From Acidimicrobiia bacterium (lineage in GTDB: Bacteria > Actinomycetota > Acidimicrobiia > IMCC26256 > JAENVU01), in NCBI GenBank assembly GCA_036557185.1, contig DATBHZ010000117.1, positions 572 to 64,571 of the forward strand: a stretch of DNA of 64,000 bases, in the 5' to 3' direction. The notes below the pieces were generated by a model. That model was not told the origin of the DNA. It did not search any database and was given only the letters and a program-made list of their open reading frames with translations. The number at the start of each line of letters is the position of its first letter. Position 1 is the stretch's first letter. Position numbers and translations under genes: made by a program. Shown here piece by piece: positions 54,886 through 64,000 of this stretch.

Positions 54886-56891
54886 GTTGCCAGAGCGGGT
54901 GTCGCGCGTCGGCGACTCTTGCGCCAGTGGGTGATCCACCATGCCGCGAGGAAGAGGGCGGCTCCGATCGTCAGGAAGAGCCCGACGCCGCTGACGAAGG
55001 TGGATCGCACCGTGTATCGGGCTTGCTGCAGGCGCACGGCGCCGTCGGCCGTGGCGATCGAGATGTGCAGGGGGAAGGTCCCCGAGGCGCGCGCCTTCAC
55101 GGTGAACTGCTGTGTGAGGTTCCGGCCGGGCGGGAGCCGCACCACTTTCTCCGAGCCACTGGGGAACTGGAGCTTGGCGCTGTCGATGCTGACCAGGACC
55201 GTCAGCGGGACAGCAGTGTTGTTCTGCAGGCTGACGGGGATCTTGGCGCTCTTCGAGGTCAGCGTCACGGTGCGTGTCGTCGGCGCGTGGATTCCCGATG
55301 CCACTGCGCGCACCGACGCGCTGATCGCTGCGAGCTGCGCGTCGGCTTGGGCGCGCGTGTTGGAAGAGCTGAGCGAGCTGAGCAACGCGCGCTCACCGTT
55401 CGCCGCGATCGGGCTGCCCGCCGGCAGCGTGCTCTCGAGCCCGTCGAGCTGACGGCGCGCGCTCACGTAGTCGTTCGCGCGCACGGGAGCCGCCGCCGGG
55501 TTGATCGGCGCGAGGTCACGTGTCTCCGGTTGACCGTTCGATTTCGCCACCGGGACGTCGAAGAAGGTGTCGAGCGACGCGGGAGCCAGCAGGGGGTTGC
55601 CGCGCAGCCCGGTGAGGACGGCGGAGAGCACTCCGGCGGTCGGGTTCCATTCGAGCGGTCCGCTGACCACCACTCCCCGGGCGAGGTTGGGCTGCTCGAG
55701 AGCGACAACCGACAGCGCCGAGAGGAAGCGCTCGGCGCGCAGCGCGTCGGTCCCCGTGCCCGACGTGAGCAGCGCCTCGAGGCCCGGGTCGGTCTGGCCG
55801 GCGGTGAAGGACGAGCCGCCCGTCTGGAGCTCGAACGGGCGAGCCGGTGTGAACTGGTCCTGTGATCCGGCGGTGAATGCCGACGGGTCCGTGACGATGT
55901 GGTCGACCAGCGCGGTGCTCAGTCGGGCCAGGTACGCGCTGTCGAGAGGGGATGCGGAGGTGACGTGCGCGTCGGCCTGCGTGTCGAGGACGTCGTCGAG
56001 GACCTGGTTGCCCTGCGACAGCTCGTGCGAGCTCGCGTCGCCGAGGCCAGCGGCCTCGAGGCTCGGTCCGTCGATCGGTACGAACGGTGCGGTCATCACC
56101 TCGTGGCTGCGCGCCGTCGCGCGGATCGCGTCGAGCCCGGGGAGAGCCGCGCGATGTGCGCTCGCGAACGTCGCCCATGCCTGCATGGTCTCGGGGCCGG
56201 GCGCGAGCGTGACGGGCACGTTCCTCGCGGACAGGAGCGAGCGGGCGATCGTGTCGAGGCGACCGCCCGGGGACACCGCTGCGCTGAAGGTGTCGGTGAC
56301 CGCCCCGCTGGGCCGCATGGCAGGCGGCGTCGCGATGCGCCAGATCCAGGCGACGGCCAGCCGGCTCCCGATCGGCTGTGGGGTGTGGGGGGCGACACCG
56401 GCGAGATACGTGACGAAGCTCGCCACCCGGTTGCCCGAATCCGGGTCGCGCAGCTCGAACTCGACGGGGTACACCGCGGCGCCCTGACCCTCGGGTAGTG
56501 GGACGGACAAGCGCCCGGGGAGCTGGTTGTCCGGATCGGCGAGGTGCATCGTGAAGACGCGTCCGCCGGCCGGAGCCTGTGGGAGCAGGCCGACCGGAAC
56601 CTGCGCGCTGTCGAGCACGGTTCCCAGACGCCCGCCGGTGAGCGTCCGCTCGAACGCGATCCGGCTCCCGACGTGCTGGTGGATCGTCGCGCGCACCTCG
56701 AGGCCGGGCGGCGCGTTCGAGAGCAGCAGTCGGATGGGGACGTCGCTCCCCAGCGTCGACCAGCCAGGTTGCTGGAGCAGGCCGAATTGGATCGCCGGCG
56801 CCGCGGGGGGCTGAGCGCCCCCGGCGCCCGAGGAGAGCGGTAGGAGCAGGGCGAACAGCGCGATGCAGGCGGCTGACGCTGCGCGTCTCAC
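54882..56891 (-). CDS. Conserved secreted/membrane-anchored MurJ-neighbour protein (Rv3909-like, DUF6049-type)
   Basis: N-terminal signal peptide, a large extracytoplasmic body and a C-terminal TM (GVGLFLTIGAALFLAAWWI). It sits upstream of murJ as in other Actinobacteria. Confidence 0.75.
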   Translation of the reverse strand: MRRAASAACIALFALLLPLSSGAGGAQPPAAPAIQFGLLQQPGWSTLGSDVPIRLLLSNAPPGLEVRATIHQHVGSRIAFERTLTGGRLGTVLDSAQVPVGLLPQAPAGGRVFTMHLADPDNQLPGRLSVPLPEGQGAAVYPVEFELRDPDSGNRVASFVTYLAGVAPHTPQPIGSRLAVAWIWRIATPPAMRPSGAVTDTFSAAVSPGGRLDTIARSLLSARNVPVTLAPGPETMQAWATFASAHRAALPGLDAIRATARSHEVMTAPFVPIDGPSLEAAGLGDASSHELSQGNQVLDDVLDTQADAHVTSASPLDSAYLARLSTALVDHIVTDPSAFTAGSQDQFTPARPFELQTGGSSFTAGQTDPGLEALLTSGTGTDALRAERFLSALSVVALEQPNLARGVVVSGPLEWNPTAGVLSAVLTGLRGNPLLAPASLDTFFDVPVAKSNGQPETRDLAPINPAAAPVRANDYVSARRQLDGLESTLPAGSPIAANGERALLSSLSSSNTRAQADAQLAAISASVRAVASGIHAPTTRTVTLTSKSAKIPVSLQNNTAVPLTVLVSIDSAKLQFPSGSEKVVRLPPGRNLTQQFTVKARASGTFPLHISIATADGAVRLQQARYTVRSTFVSGVGLFLTIGAALFLAAWWITHWRKSRRRATPALAT

Positions 56892-57577
56892 AAGTCGCGG
56901 CCCATGACGCAGAGACCCGTGGGCATGTCGCGGAATCCGCAGCTCTTGTACAACGCGACCGCCGCCTCGTTGTCGAGGGGAGTGTTCACGAGCGTCTGCA
57001 CCGAGCGATGCCGACGCAGCCAGTGCAGCGCGTCTGCGACCACTGCACGGCCCAGACCCTCGCGACGAGCGTCCGGGTGCACGGCGATGCGTTGCAAGTA
57101 CCCGCGTCGCTCCGCGCGCCCGGTGATCGCGTAGGCGCGCAGGCGGCGCGCGTCGATCACACGGAACCGGTAGGAGGGTGTGGCCTTGATGGCGTCGAGG
57201 AGCCCCGCTTCGTCGAGACGCCAGAAGTCGTCGAAGGCAACACGATCGAGCTCCAGCACGCGACGACGGTCCGACCTGCGGGCGCGGCGGGTCGGACGGG
57301 AGGTCGGCGGCAGATCATGCATGTCGTGCACGAGCAGGTGGAGACGCTCGCGCACCGAGAAGCCGGCGTCGATGAACGGCAACGTGTCCGCCGGTGGGAG
57401 CGCGCTCGTCACTACCGCCCCGAAACCTTGGCGCCGGAGCGCGCCCAGGCATCGGTCGACGATCTCCACCGTGGGGGGACGCACGGCTCCGACCGACAGG
57501 TACGCGACGTCGTCGTGGCCTCGCCAGCTGCTGAGCCGTGCCCAACCGCCGCGCCACCGCAGCGTCTCCTCGCTCAT
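56888..57577 (-). CDS. GNAT-family N-acetyltransferase
   Basis: Only the last 229 codons of track ORF 56888..58585 look coding. Acetyl-CoA motif LQRIAVHPDARREGLGRAVV. The stop overlaps the next gene start by 4 nt. Confidence 0.8.
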   Translation of the reverse strand: MSEETLRWRGGWARLSSWRGHDDVAYLSVGAVRPPTVEIVDRCLGALRRQGFGAVVTSALPPADTLPFIDAGFSVRERLHLLVHDMHDLPPTSRPTRRARRSDRRRVLELDRVAFDDFWRLDEAGLLDAIKATPSYRFRVIDARRLRAYAITGRAERRGYLQRIAVHPDARREGLGRAVVADALHWLRRHRSVQTLVNTPLDNEAAVALYKSCGFRDMPTGLCVMGRDL

Positions 57578-57618
57578 GTTGCCCGCTCTCGCGCCTTCGG
57601 CGCGGGCCGCTCGGGCCA

Positions 57619-57698
57619 CGCTCGCTGCTCGCCGGGGTACCCGGCTCGCGGCCTCGATGGCTGCGCTCGCTGCGGCCCGGGATACCCGTGCCGCGGGC
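57619..57698. repeat. Imperfect tandem duplication of about 45 bp in the GNAT/deacetylase divergent intergenic region
   Basis: CGCTCGCTGCtcgccGGGgTACCCGgctCGCGGcC at 57619-57653. CGCTCGCTGCggcccGGGaTACCCGtgcCGCGGgC at 57664-57698. Confidence 0.6.
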
Positions 57699-57721
57699 GC
57701 TCGCTCCGCGGTCGCTCGCTC

Positions 57722-58786
57722 ATGACGGATCCAAGCGTAGAGGGAAGGTGTGGGAACGAGGGCTGCACTACGGTCCGGAGGGTGCTGATCGTCGCGGACG
57801 ATCCGATCTTCCTGCTCCACGACACGGGCCGCGGTCACCCAGAGCGTCCTCAGCGGCTGGGGGCAGTGCACGAAGGCATCGTCCACTCGGGTCTGCTGGA
57901 CGCGCTCGTGCACGTCGATCCCCGCCCGGCCACCATCGACGAGCTGGCCGAGGTGCATCCAGAGGGCTACATCGAGGGGCTCGAGTCGCGCATCGCGCAA
58001 GGTCCGGGCTTCCTCGACGCGGATACGCGGGTCTCCGCGCAGTCGTGGGACGTGGCCCGCGCGGCTGCCGGGAGCGGAATCGACGCCCTGGAGCTGCTGG
58101 CCGCAGGTCGCGGTGCAGCAGCGTTCCTGGCGGTGCGTCCACCGGGCCACCACGCCCGTCCGTCGCAGGCGATGGGCTTCTGCCTGCTCAACAACGTCGC
58201 AGTGGCCGCTGCATCGCGGGTTCGGCTCGGCGAGCGCGTCGCGATCATCGACGTCGATGCGCATCACGGCAACGGGACGCAGGACGCGTTCTACGCAGAT
58301 CCGCGCGTGCTGTACGTCTCGCTCCACCAATGGCCCCTGTATCCCGGTACCGGCCGGCCGGAGGAGCAGGGGGCGGGCGCGGGGCTCGGCACCACGTGCA
58401 ACATCCCCGTACCCGCCGGCACGACGGGCGACGTGTACCTGCGTGCGCTCGACGAGGTGGTCGAGCCGCTCGTGGAGGGTTTCGCCCCGGACTGGCTGCT
58501 GGTGTCCGTGGGCTTCGACGCGCACAGGGCCGATCCGCTGACGGGTCTCGGCCTGTCGGCAGGAGACTACGCAGCCGTCCTGCACCGCCTCTCCGGCTGG
58601 GCCCGCCCGGGGCGCCTGGCCGCCTTTCTCGAGGGTGGGTACGACCTCGACGCCGTGAGTGCCTCGGTAGCCGCCGGCATCCCCGAGCTCCTCGGCGACC
58701 GCGGCCCGATCGCCGCCGAGGAGCGTGCGACGGCAGACGGTCCGGGGCTGGCGGCGATCGAGGTGGCCGCCGCCCTGTGGAGCTGA
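57722..58786 (+). CDS. Histone deacetylase-family (AcuC/HDAC-like) deacetylase
   Basis: HPERPQRL, AVRPPGHHA, DVDAHHGNGTQ and GGY. The start is ATG 57722 or GTG 57782. Confidence 0.88.
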   Translation: MTDPSVEGRCGNEGCTTVRRVLIVADDPIFLLHDTGRGHPERPQRLGAVHEGIVHSGLLDALVHVDPRPATIDELAEVHPEGYIEGLESRIAQGPGFLDADTRVSAQSWDVARAAAGSGIDALELLAAGRGAAAFLAVRPPGHHARPSQAMGFCLLNNVAVAAASRVRLGERVAIIDVDAHHGNGTQDAFYADPRVLYVSLHQWPLYPGTGRPEEQGAGAGLGTTCNIPVPAGTTGDVYLRALDEVVEPLVEGFAPDWLLVSVGFDAHRADPLTGLGLSAGDYAAVLHRLSGWARPGRLAAFLEGGYDLDAVSASVAAGIPELLGDRGPIAAEERATADGPGLAAIEVAAALWS

Positions 58787-58917
58787 TCGCCGGGTGAGAT
58801 CAGCCCTTCAGGGCACCTCGGGACCCGTCGATAACTCCCTCTGGTTGCCTCGCTGCCGCGTGAGGTGCGGCACGGCCGCGAGGAGGCAGGGAAGCCACCG
58901 GGGTGGAGGGGATAGCC

Positions 58918-60039
58918 GTGCTCGATCTGGACCAGCTCCTGCGTGACGCAGTGCAGCGTGCTGCGTCGGACGTCCACATCAAGGTGGGCTCGCCCCCGTT
59001 CGTCCGCGTCGACGGTGAGCTCATCCCCGCGCAGACGGAGCCCGTGACACAAGCGGACACCGAGCGCATCGCGTTCACGATCATGCCGAAGGTGCGCGCC
59101 GAGGAGTTCATCGAGCACCACGAGGCCGACTTCGCGTACTCGCTCGCGGGGGTCGGCCGCTTCCGCGTCAACGTGATGAGCCAGCGCGGGTCCGTGGGAA
59201 TCGTGCTCCGGCGCGTCCTCGCGGGGATCCCGTCGATCGAGGAGCTCGGTCTTCCTCCGGTTGTGCGCCGCCTGGCCGAGGAGCCGCGCGGCCTCGTGCT
59301 CGTGACCGGCCCGACCGGCTCGGGAAAGACGACGAGCCTCGCGGCGATGATCGACCACATCAACGAGATCGAGTCGCGCCACATCGTGACGATCGAGGAC
59401 CCGATCGAGATCCTGCACACCGACAAGAAGTCGCTCGTGAACCAGCGCGAGATCGGCACCGACACCGACGACTTCCACGTCGCGCTCAAGCGCGTGCTGC
59501 GGCAGGACCCGGACGTGATCCTGATCGGGGAGATGCGCGACCCCGAGACGGTCTGGGCGGCGCTGGCCGCCGCTGAGACCGGCCACCTCGTGTTCTCGAC
59601 GCTGCACACGATGGGTGCGACCGAGACGATCAACAGGGTGATCGACTTCTTCCCGCCGTTCCAGCAACAGCAGGTGCGGATGTCGCTGGCCGGCGCGCTC
59701 AAGGGCATCATCTCGCAGCGCCTGGTGCAGTGCTCCGACGGCCGCGGTCGCGTGCCGGCCATGGAGGTGCTCGTCGCCACCGGTCGTGTGTTCGACAAGA
59801 TCGTCGACTCGGCGCAGACGCACGAGCTCGAGGAGCTGATCGCCGACGGCGAGTACTACGGCATGCAGACCTTCGACCAGAGCCTGCTCGGGCTGTACGC
59901 GACCGGTGTGATCACACGCCGCGACGCGCTCACCGCGTCGACCAAGACCCACGACCTGCGGCTCAAGCTCGACCAGTACGACCTGTCGCGCGCGCAGGAG
60001 GACTTCGAGGCCCAGCCCGCGGCGGCGACCCCCGCATAG
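58918..60039 (+). CDS. pilT: Type IV pilus retraction ATPase PilT (twitching motility protein)
   Basis: ASDVHIKVGSPPFVRVDG, Walker A GPTGSGKTT, Walker B ILIGEMRD and His box GHLVFSTLHT. The start is placed at GTG 58918 (GGAGGGG 7 nt upstream). Confidence 0.9.
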   Translation: MLDLDQLLRDAVQRAASDVHIKVGSPPFVRVDGELIPAQTEPVTQADTERIAFTIMPKVRAEEFIEHHEADFAYSLAGVGRFRVNVMSQRGSVGIVLRRVLAGIPSIEELGLPPVVRRLAEEPRGLVLVTGPTGSGKTTSLAAMIDHINEIESRHIVTIEDPIEILHTDKKSLVNQREIGTDTDDFHVALKRVLRQDPDVILIGEMRDPETVWAALAAAETGHLVFSTLHTMGATETINRVIDFFPPFQQQQVRMSLAGALKGIISQRLVQCSDGRGRVPAMEVLVATGRVFDKIVDSAQTHELEELIADGEYYGMQTFDQSLLGLYATGVITRRDALTASTKTHDLRLKLDQYDLSRAQEDFEAQPAAATPA

Positions 60040-60077
60040 CTCGGGGCCGGCGAACCGGTACAGGTCACAATGGGGGC

Positions 60078-61472
60078 GTGAACAGCCTCCCCGAGCGCGT
60101 GACCACGCTCCTTGCCCCCGGCGCGCCCGTGCAGCGCGTGGCGCGCGCCCTCGACGACGCCGGCTTCCAGTGCTATCTGGTCGGCGGCAGCGTGCGCGAT
60201 GCGATCGTCGGCTCGCGGCCGGAGGAGTTCGACTTCGCGTCCGACGCCCCGACGGCCGACATCCGGCGTGTCCTCGGCCCCATCGCCGAGCAGCTGTGGG
60301 TCCAGGGAGAGAAGTTCGGGACCGTGGGCGCACGCATCGACGGGACCCCCTGCGAGGTCACGACCTTCCGTTCCGACGTGTATCACGCCGACAGCCGTAA
60401 GCCCGAGGTCGTCTTCGGGGACGACATCGAGACGGATCTCGGCCGGCGCGATTTCACCGTGAATGCCATGGCCTTGCGCCTGCCGGACCCGCTGCTCCTC
60501 GATCCGTACGACGGGATGCTCGACCTCGCGCAGCATCGCCTCCGTACGCCGCTCGATCCGAGCGTCTCGTTCGGCGACGATCCGCTGCGCATGATGCGCG
60601 CAGCTCGCTTCATCGCGCGGTTCGGGCTCGAGCCCGTCCCCGAGGTGCTGACCGCGGTCGAGCAGTACCGGACGCGGCTCGGTGCGATCGTGAGCATGGA
60701 GCGCATCCGGGACGAGCTGTCGAAGCTGCTCGTGCTGGACGACCCCTCGGCCGGCCTGTGGTTCCTGTCGCGGACGCGGCTGTCGGACGAGTTCTTCCCC
60801 GAGCTCAACGCGATGCAGCTCGAGCAGGATCCGATCCACCGGCACAAGGACGTGCTGGCGCACACCATCGCCGTCGTCGCCAAGACCTCGCCCGATCTCG
60901 TGCTGCGGCTCGCCGCGCTTTTCCACGACATCGGCAAGCCGAAGACGCGATCCTTCGAACGCGGGCGCGCGTCGTTCCACCACCACGAGGTCGTCGGCGC
61001 GCGTATGACGCGCGAACGCCTCACGGCTCTGCGCTTTCCGGGAGCGGTGGTCGACGACGTGAGCCGGCTCGTCTACCTCCACCTGCGGATCCACACCTAC
61101 TCGATGGGCTGGACCGACAGCGCCGTTCGCAGGTACGTGCGCGACGCCGGGGATCTCCTCGAGGCGCTCAACGAGCTCCAGCGGTGCGATTGCACCACGC
61201 GCGACGCGCGCAAGGCTCGCGCTCTCGAGGCGCGCATGGCGGAGCTCGAGGCGCGCATCGAGTCGCTCGCTGCCGAGGAGGAGCTGCGGGCGATCCGCCC
61301 GCCGCTCGACGGCCGCCAGGTGATGGAGTTCCTGGGTATCCCGCCAGGACGCGAGGTGGGCGAGGCCCTCGACTTCCTCCTCGAAGCGCGCTTGGAGGAA
61401 GGACCGATCAGCGACGCTGACGCGTACGAGCGTCTCGCGCGCTGGCGCGAGGAACGCGACCGTCAACCCTGA
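60078..61472 (+). CDS. cca: CCA-adding tRNA nucleotidyltransferase with HD domain
   Basis: YLVGGSVRD, RRDFTVNAM and HD region HRHKDVLAHT...FHDIGKP. GTG start at 60078. Confidence 0.9.
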   Translation: MNSLPERVTTLLAPGAPVQRVARALDDAGFQCYLVGGSVRDAIVGSRPEEFDFASDAPTADIRRVLGPIAEQLWVQGEKFGTVGARIDGTPCEVTTFRSDVYHADSRKPEVVFGDDIETDLGRRDFTVNAMALRLPDPLLLDPYDGMLDLAQHRLRTPLDPSVSFGDDPLRMMRAARFIARFGLEPVPEVLTAVEQYRTRLGAIVSMERIRDELSKLLVLDDPSAGLWFLSRTRLSDEFFPELNAMQLEQDPIHRHKDVLAHTIAVVAKTSPDLVLRLAALFHDIGKPKTRSFERGRASFHHHEVVGARMTRERLTALRFPGAVVDDVSRLVYLHLRIHTYSMGWTDSAVRRYVRDAGDLLEALNELQRCDCTTRDARKARALEARMAELEARIESLAAEEELRAIRPPLDGRQVMEFLGIPPGREVGEALDFLLEARLEEGPISDADAYERLARWREERDRQP

Positions 61473-61497
61473 CTGACGCCGGTCGTGCCGAGCGCGC

Positions 61498-62118
61498 TCA
61501 GACTCCTTCTTTGCGCCCCCGCCAGATCACGACCGTCGGCACCACCGGCCGCTGACTCTCCTCGGGAGCGAGCTCGACGAGCGCGTCGATCCGGAACCCG
61601 GCGCGCCCGAGGCCGGCGAACACACCACCCATCGTGTGGGGGTGGATGTTGCCGACCGGCTCGGGGTCGAAATAGGAGCGCGTGAGGTATGGACGGGCCA
61701 GCGGGAGCGCACCCTCCGGCTCGGCGTCGATGGCGACGCAGAGGCCCACCGGATGGGGAAGCGCGAGCGTGAACCATGCACCGGGGCGCAGCACCCGGTG
61801 CGTCTGGCGGAACACGCGGTCGATGTCCTCGAGCGTTGCGAGGGAGAAGTCGCTGTACGCGATGTCGACCGAGTCGGCGCGCATGAACGCCAGATCCGCG
61901 AGGTTGCTGACGCGCAGGTCGATCCGGACGTCCGCCTCCGTGGCCGCGGCGCGTGCCGCGTCGATGGCCTCCACAGACGGATCGACCGCGACCACCGTCG
62001 CACCTCGTTGTGCGAGCCGGATCGCGGTCGTTCCGTCGCCACAGCCGATCTCGAGGACCCGTTTCCCGGTGACGTCGCCGAGCAGCTTCTCGAGCGTCTC
62101 CTGGTGGTCGACCTTCAT
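61498..62118 (-). CDS. Class I SAM-dependent methyltransferase
   Basis: Motif I VLEIGCGDGTTA, 206 aa. Confidence 0.8.
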   Translation of the reverse strand: MKVDHQETLEKLLGDVTGKRVLEIGCGDGTTAIRLAQRGATVVAVDPSVEAIDAARAAATEADVRIDLRVSNLADLAFMRADSVDIAYSDFSLATLEDIDRVFRQTHRVLRPGAWFTLALPHPVGLCVAIDAEPEGALPLARPYLTRSYFDPEPVGNIHPHTMGGVFAGLGRAGFRIDALVELAPEESQRPVVPTVVIWRGRKEGV

Positions 62119-62149
62119 GCGCCGAACGTATTACGGAATCATCCGGTGA

Positions 62150-63238
62150 CTACGTTCCCGCGGCGAACTCCTCGACCATCGCGTGCGCCACGTCGTCGTG
62201 GTACTGCACGGGCGGCGACTTCATGAAGTACGCCGATGGACCGAGCAGCGGACCGCCGATCCCCCGGTCCTTGGCGAGCTTGGCGCAACGCAAGGCGTCG
62301 ATGATGACGCCCGCGGAGTTCGGCGAGTCCCAGACCTCGAGCTTCATCTCGACGTTCAGCGGCACGTCACCGAAGTTGCGGCCCTCCAGTCGGATGTACG
62401 CCCACTTGCGATCCTCGAGCCACGCCACATGGTCGGACGGACCGATGTGGACATCGTCCGCCTCGATCCCGTGGTCGATCTGGCTGGTCACGGCCTGCGT
62501 CTTCGAGATCTTCTTCGACTCGAGGCGCTCGCGCTCGAGCATGTTCTTGAAGTCCATGTTGCCGCCGACGTTGAGCTGGTACGTGCGGTCGAGCACCATG
62601 CCCCGGTCCTCGAACAGCCGGGCGAGGATGCGGTGGACGATGGTGGCGCCGACCTGGCTCTTGATGTCGTCGCCGACGATCGGGACTCCTGCGTCGCTGA
62701 ACTTCTTCGCCCAGACCGGATCGGACGCGATGAAGACCGGGATGGCGTTGACGAACGCGACCCGGGCATCGAGGCAGGCCTGCGCGTAGTGCTTCTGCGC
62801 CTCTTCGGAGCCGACCGGGAGGTAGCTGACGAGCACGTCGGCGCGGGAGTCACGCAGCACGGCCGCGACGTCCACGGCGGGTGCCGGGCTCTCCTCGATC
62901 GTTTGCTTGTAGTACTTGCCGAGCCCGTCGAGGGTGGGGCCCTTCTGGACCAGCACTCCGGTCTCGGGGACGTTCGAGAACCGGATGGTGTTGTTCTGGC
63001 CCGAGAACACGGCCTTGCCGAGATCCAGGCCGACCTTCGCGGCGTCCACGTCGAACGCAGCGACGAACTCGACGTCGCCAACGTGGTAACCGCCGAGCTC
63101 GACGTGCATCAGGCCGGGCACGGACTCGTTCGGGTCCGCGTGGCGGTAGTACTCGACGCCCTGCAGCAAGCTGCTCGCGCAGTTGCCGACACCGGCGATC
63201 GCCACTCGGATCTTGGCTCGGGGGGCGGTGGCGCTCAT
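62150..63238 (-). CDS. ino1: myo-Inositol-3-phosphate synthase
   Basis: [32 protein letters not shown] and about 360 aa, as in actinobacterial Ino1. Confidence 0.93.
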   Translation of the reverse strand: MSATAPRAKIRVAIAGVGNCASSLLQGVEYYRHADPNESVPGLMHVELGGYHVGDVEFVAAFDVDAAKVGLDLGKAVFSGQNNTIRFSNVPETGVLVQKGPTLDGLGKYYKQTIEESPAPAVDVAAVLRDSRADVLVSYLPVGSEEAQKHYAQACLDARVAFVNAIPVFIASDPVWAKKFSDAGVPIVGDDIKSQVGATIVHRILARLFEDRGMVLDRTYQLNVGGNMDFKNMLERERLESKKISKTQAVTSQIDHGIEADDVHIGPSDHVAWLEDRKWAYIRLEGRNFGDVPLNVEMKLEVWDSPNSAGVIIDALRCAKLAKDRGIGGPLLGPSAYFMKSPPVQYHDDVAHAMVEEFAAGT

Positions 63239-63864
63239 GCGGTTGCTCCTTGTGTGCGGGGTTGCCCGGAGTGCGGCGCACGCTGTGCGCGCTCACCCCG
63301 GATGAGGTCGTCGATCCATTCGAGGTCGCGCTCGGTTGAGCGGGTTCGGTGCTCCACGAGGGAGCTCGCGTACCGGTCGAGCGCGGTACCGGTCGTGCGG
63401 CGGGCGCGGGCGAGCCTGTCGGCGAGCTCGGCACGGCGACGCTCGAGCAGCGCGATGCGCGCATCCGGGTCGAGGTGGCGGCCGAACGCCAGCCGCACCG
63501 TGAACGCACGCTCGTCGTCACCCTCGTCGTCCAGCAGGAGCTTGCGGAACTGCTCCCTGCCGGCATCGGTGATGCGGTACGCCTTGCGCTTGCGACGCGA
63601 CGGCTTCGCCACGGTGCCGCGCACCCGCGCGGCCGCCGCCTCGCCCTTGAGCGAACCGGTCGCAGGGATGCTCGCCCGCACGGTCGGCGCGTCCGCTCCG
63701 ACCTCCACGACGGCGCCGGACCGCTCGAGCCGGCGCAGCGCGGGGTAGAGCGAGCCGAACGACACGCCCCAGAAAGGCCCCAGCGTGTCGCCGAGGCGCT
63801 TCTTGAGCTCATAGCCGTGAAGCGGCTGGTCCTGGAGCAGTCCGAGGATCGCGAGATCGAGCAT
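63235..63864 (-). CDS. PadR-family transcriptional regulator
   Basis: [21 protein letters not shown]....[18 protein letters not shown]. The stop overlaps the ino1 ATG (ATGA). Confidence 0.9.
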   Translation of the reverse strand: MLDLAILGLLQDQPLHGYELKKRLGDTLGPFWGVSFGSLYPALRRLERSGAVVEVGADAPTVRASIPATGSLKGEAAAARVRGTVAKPSRRKRKAYRITDAGREQFRKLLLDDEGDDERAFTVRLAFGRHLDPDARIALLERRRAELADRLARARRTTGTALDRYASSLVEHRTRSTERDLEWIDDLIRGERAQRAPHSGQPRTQGATA

Positions 63865-63916
63865 CTACCGCCGGTTCCCTACGAGTTTCCGGTACGTTCG
63901 CTGTTCTTTGCTGGTC

Positions 63917-63939
63917 CGATATATCGAATCGATATATCG
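63917..63939. promoter_or_regulatory. Two tandem AT-rich 10-bp palindromes upstream of the PadR-ino1 operon (candidate operator)
   Basis: CGATATATCG at 63917-63926 and again at 63930-63939, separated by AAT. The element lies about 55-75 bp upstream of the PadR start and is strikingly AT-rich for this DNA. Confidence 0.55.
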
Positions 63940-64000
63940 AGGAACACAGTATCACACCCCGGTGGGATGTCCACGTGCAGGCTGGAGAGCCCTCTTTCCG

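Overview
This is a high-G+C, actinobacterial-type chromosomal replication-origin neighbourhood. The core is clear. dnaA-dnaN-recF-DUF721-gyrB-gyrA-DUF3566-tRNA-Ile lie on the minus strand (about 31.7-41.1 kb). They diverge from rpmH-rnpA-yidD-yidC-jag-rsmG-parA-parB on the plus strand (41.5-47.2 kb). DnaA-box clusters flank dnaA on both sides, and two palindromic parS-like sites sit in front of parA. To the right follow cwlM-trxA-trxB, a Ser/Thr kinase, DegV, murJ, its conserved neighbour gene, a GNAT/deacetylase pair, pilT, cca, and PadR-ino1. To the left are pknB, crgA, trpG, lipid/CoA metabolism genes, a TetR unit with two deazaflavin nitroreductase-like genes, a MoxR-DUF58-transglutaminase operon and a GH15-zwf operon. 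The least ordinary part is 16.8-22.5 kb. It holds a Gly/Asn-repeat membrane protein divergent from an ECF sigma factor, followed on the same strand by three consecutive prepilin-type genes in PilV/PilW/PilX-like order. The first of these carries an Ig-like plus FN3 extension. No major pilin, prepilin peptidase or assembly ATPase is present in the window; a lone pilT lies 36 kb away. A second notable point is rpmH, which appears to be nested out of frame inside rnpA behind one shared Shine-Dalgarno sequence. No rRNA genes, CRISPR arrays, transposases or integrases were seen. Many long ORFs in the supplied track are antisense or out-of-frame shadows typical of high-G+C DNA, and I rejected them. 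Several starts were refined using recurrent 4-nt GTGA/ATGA stop-start overlaps.
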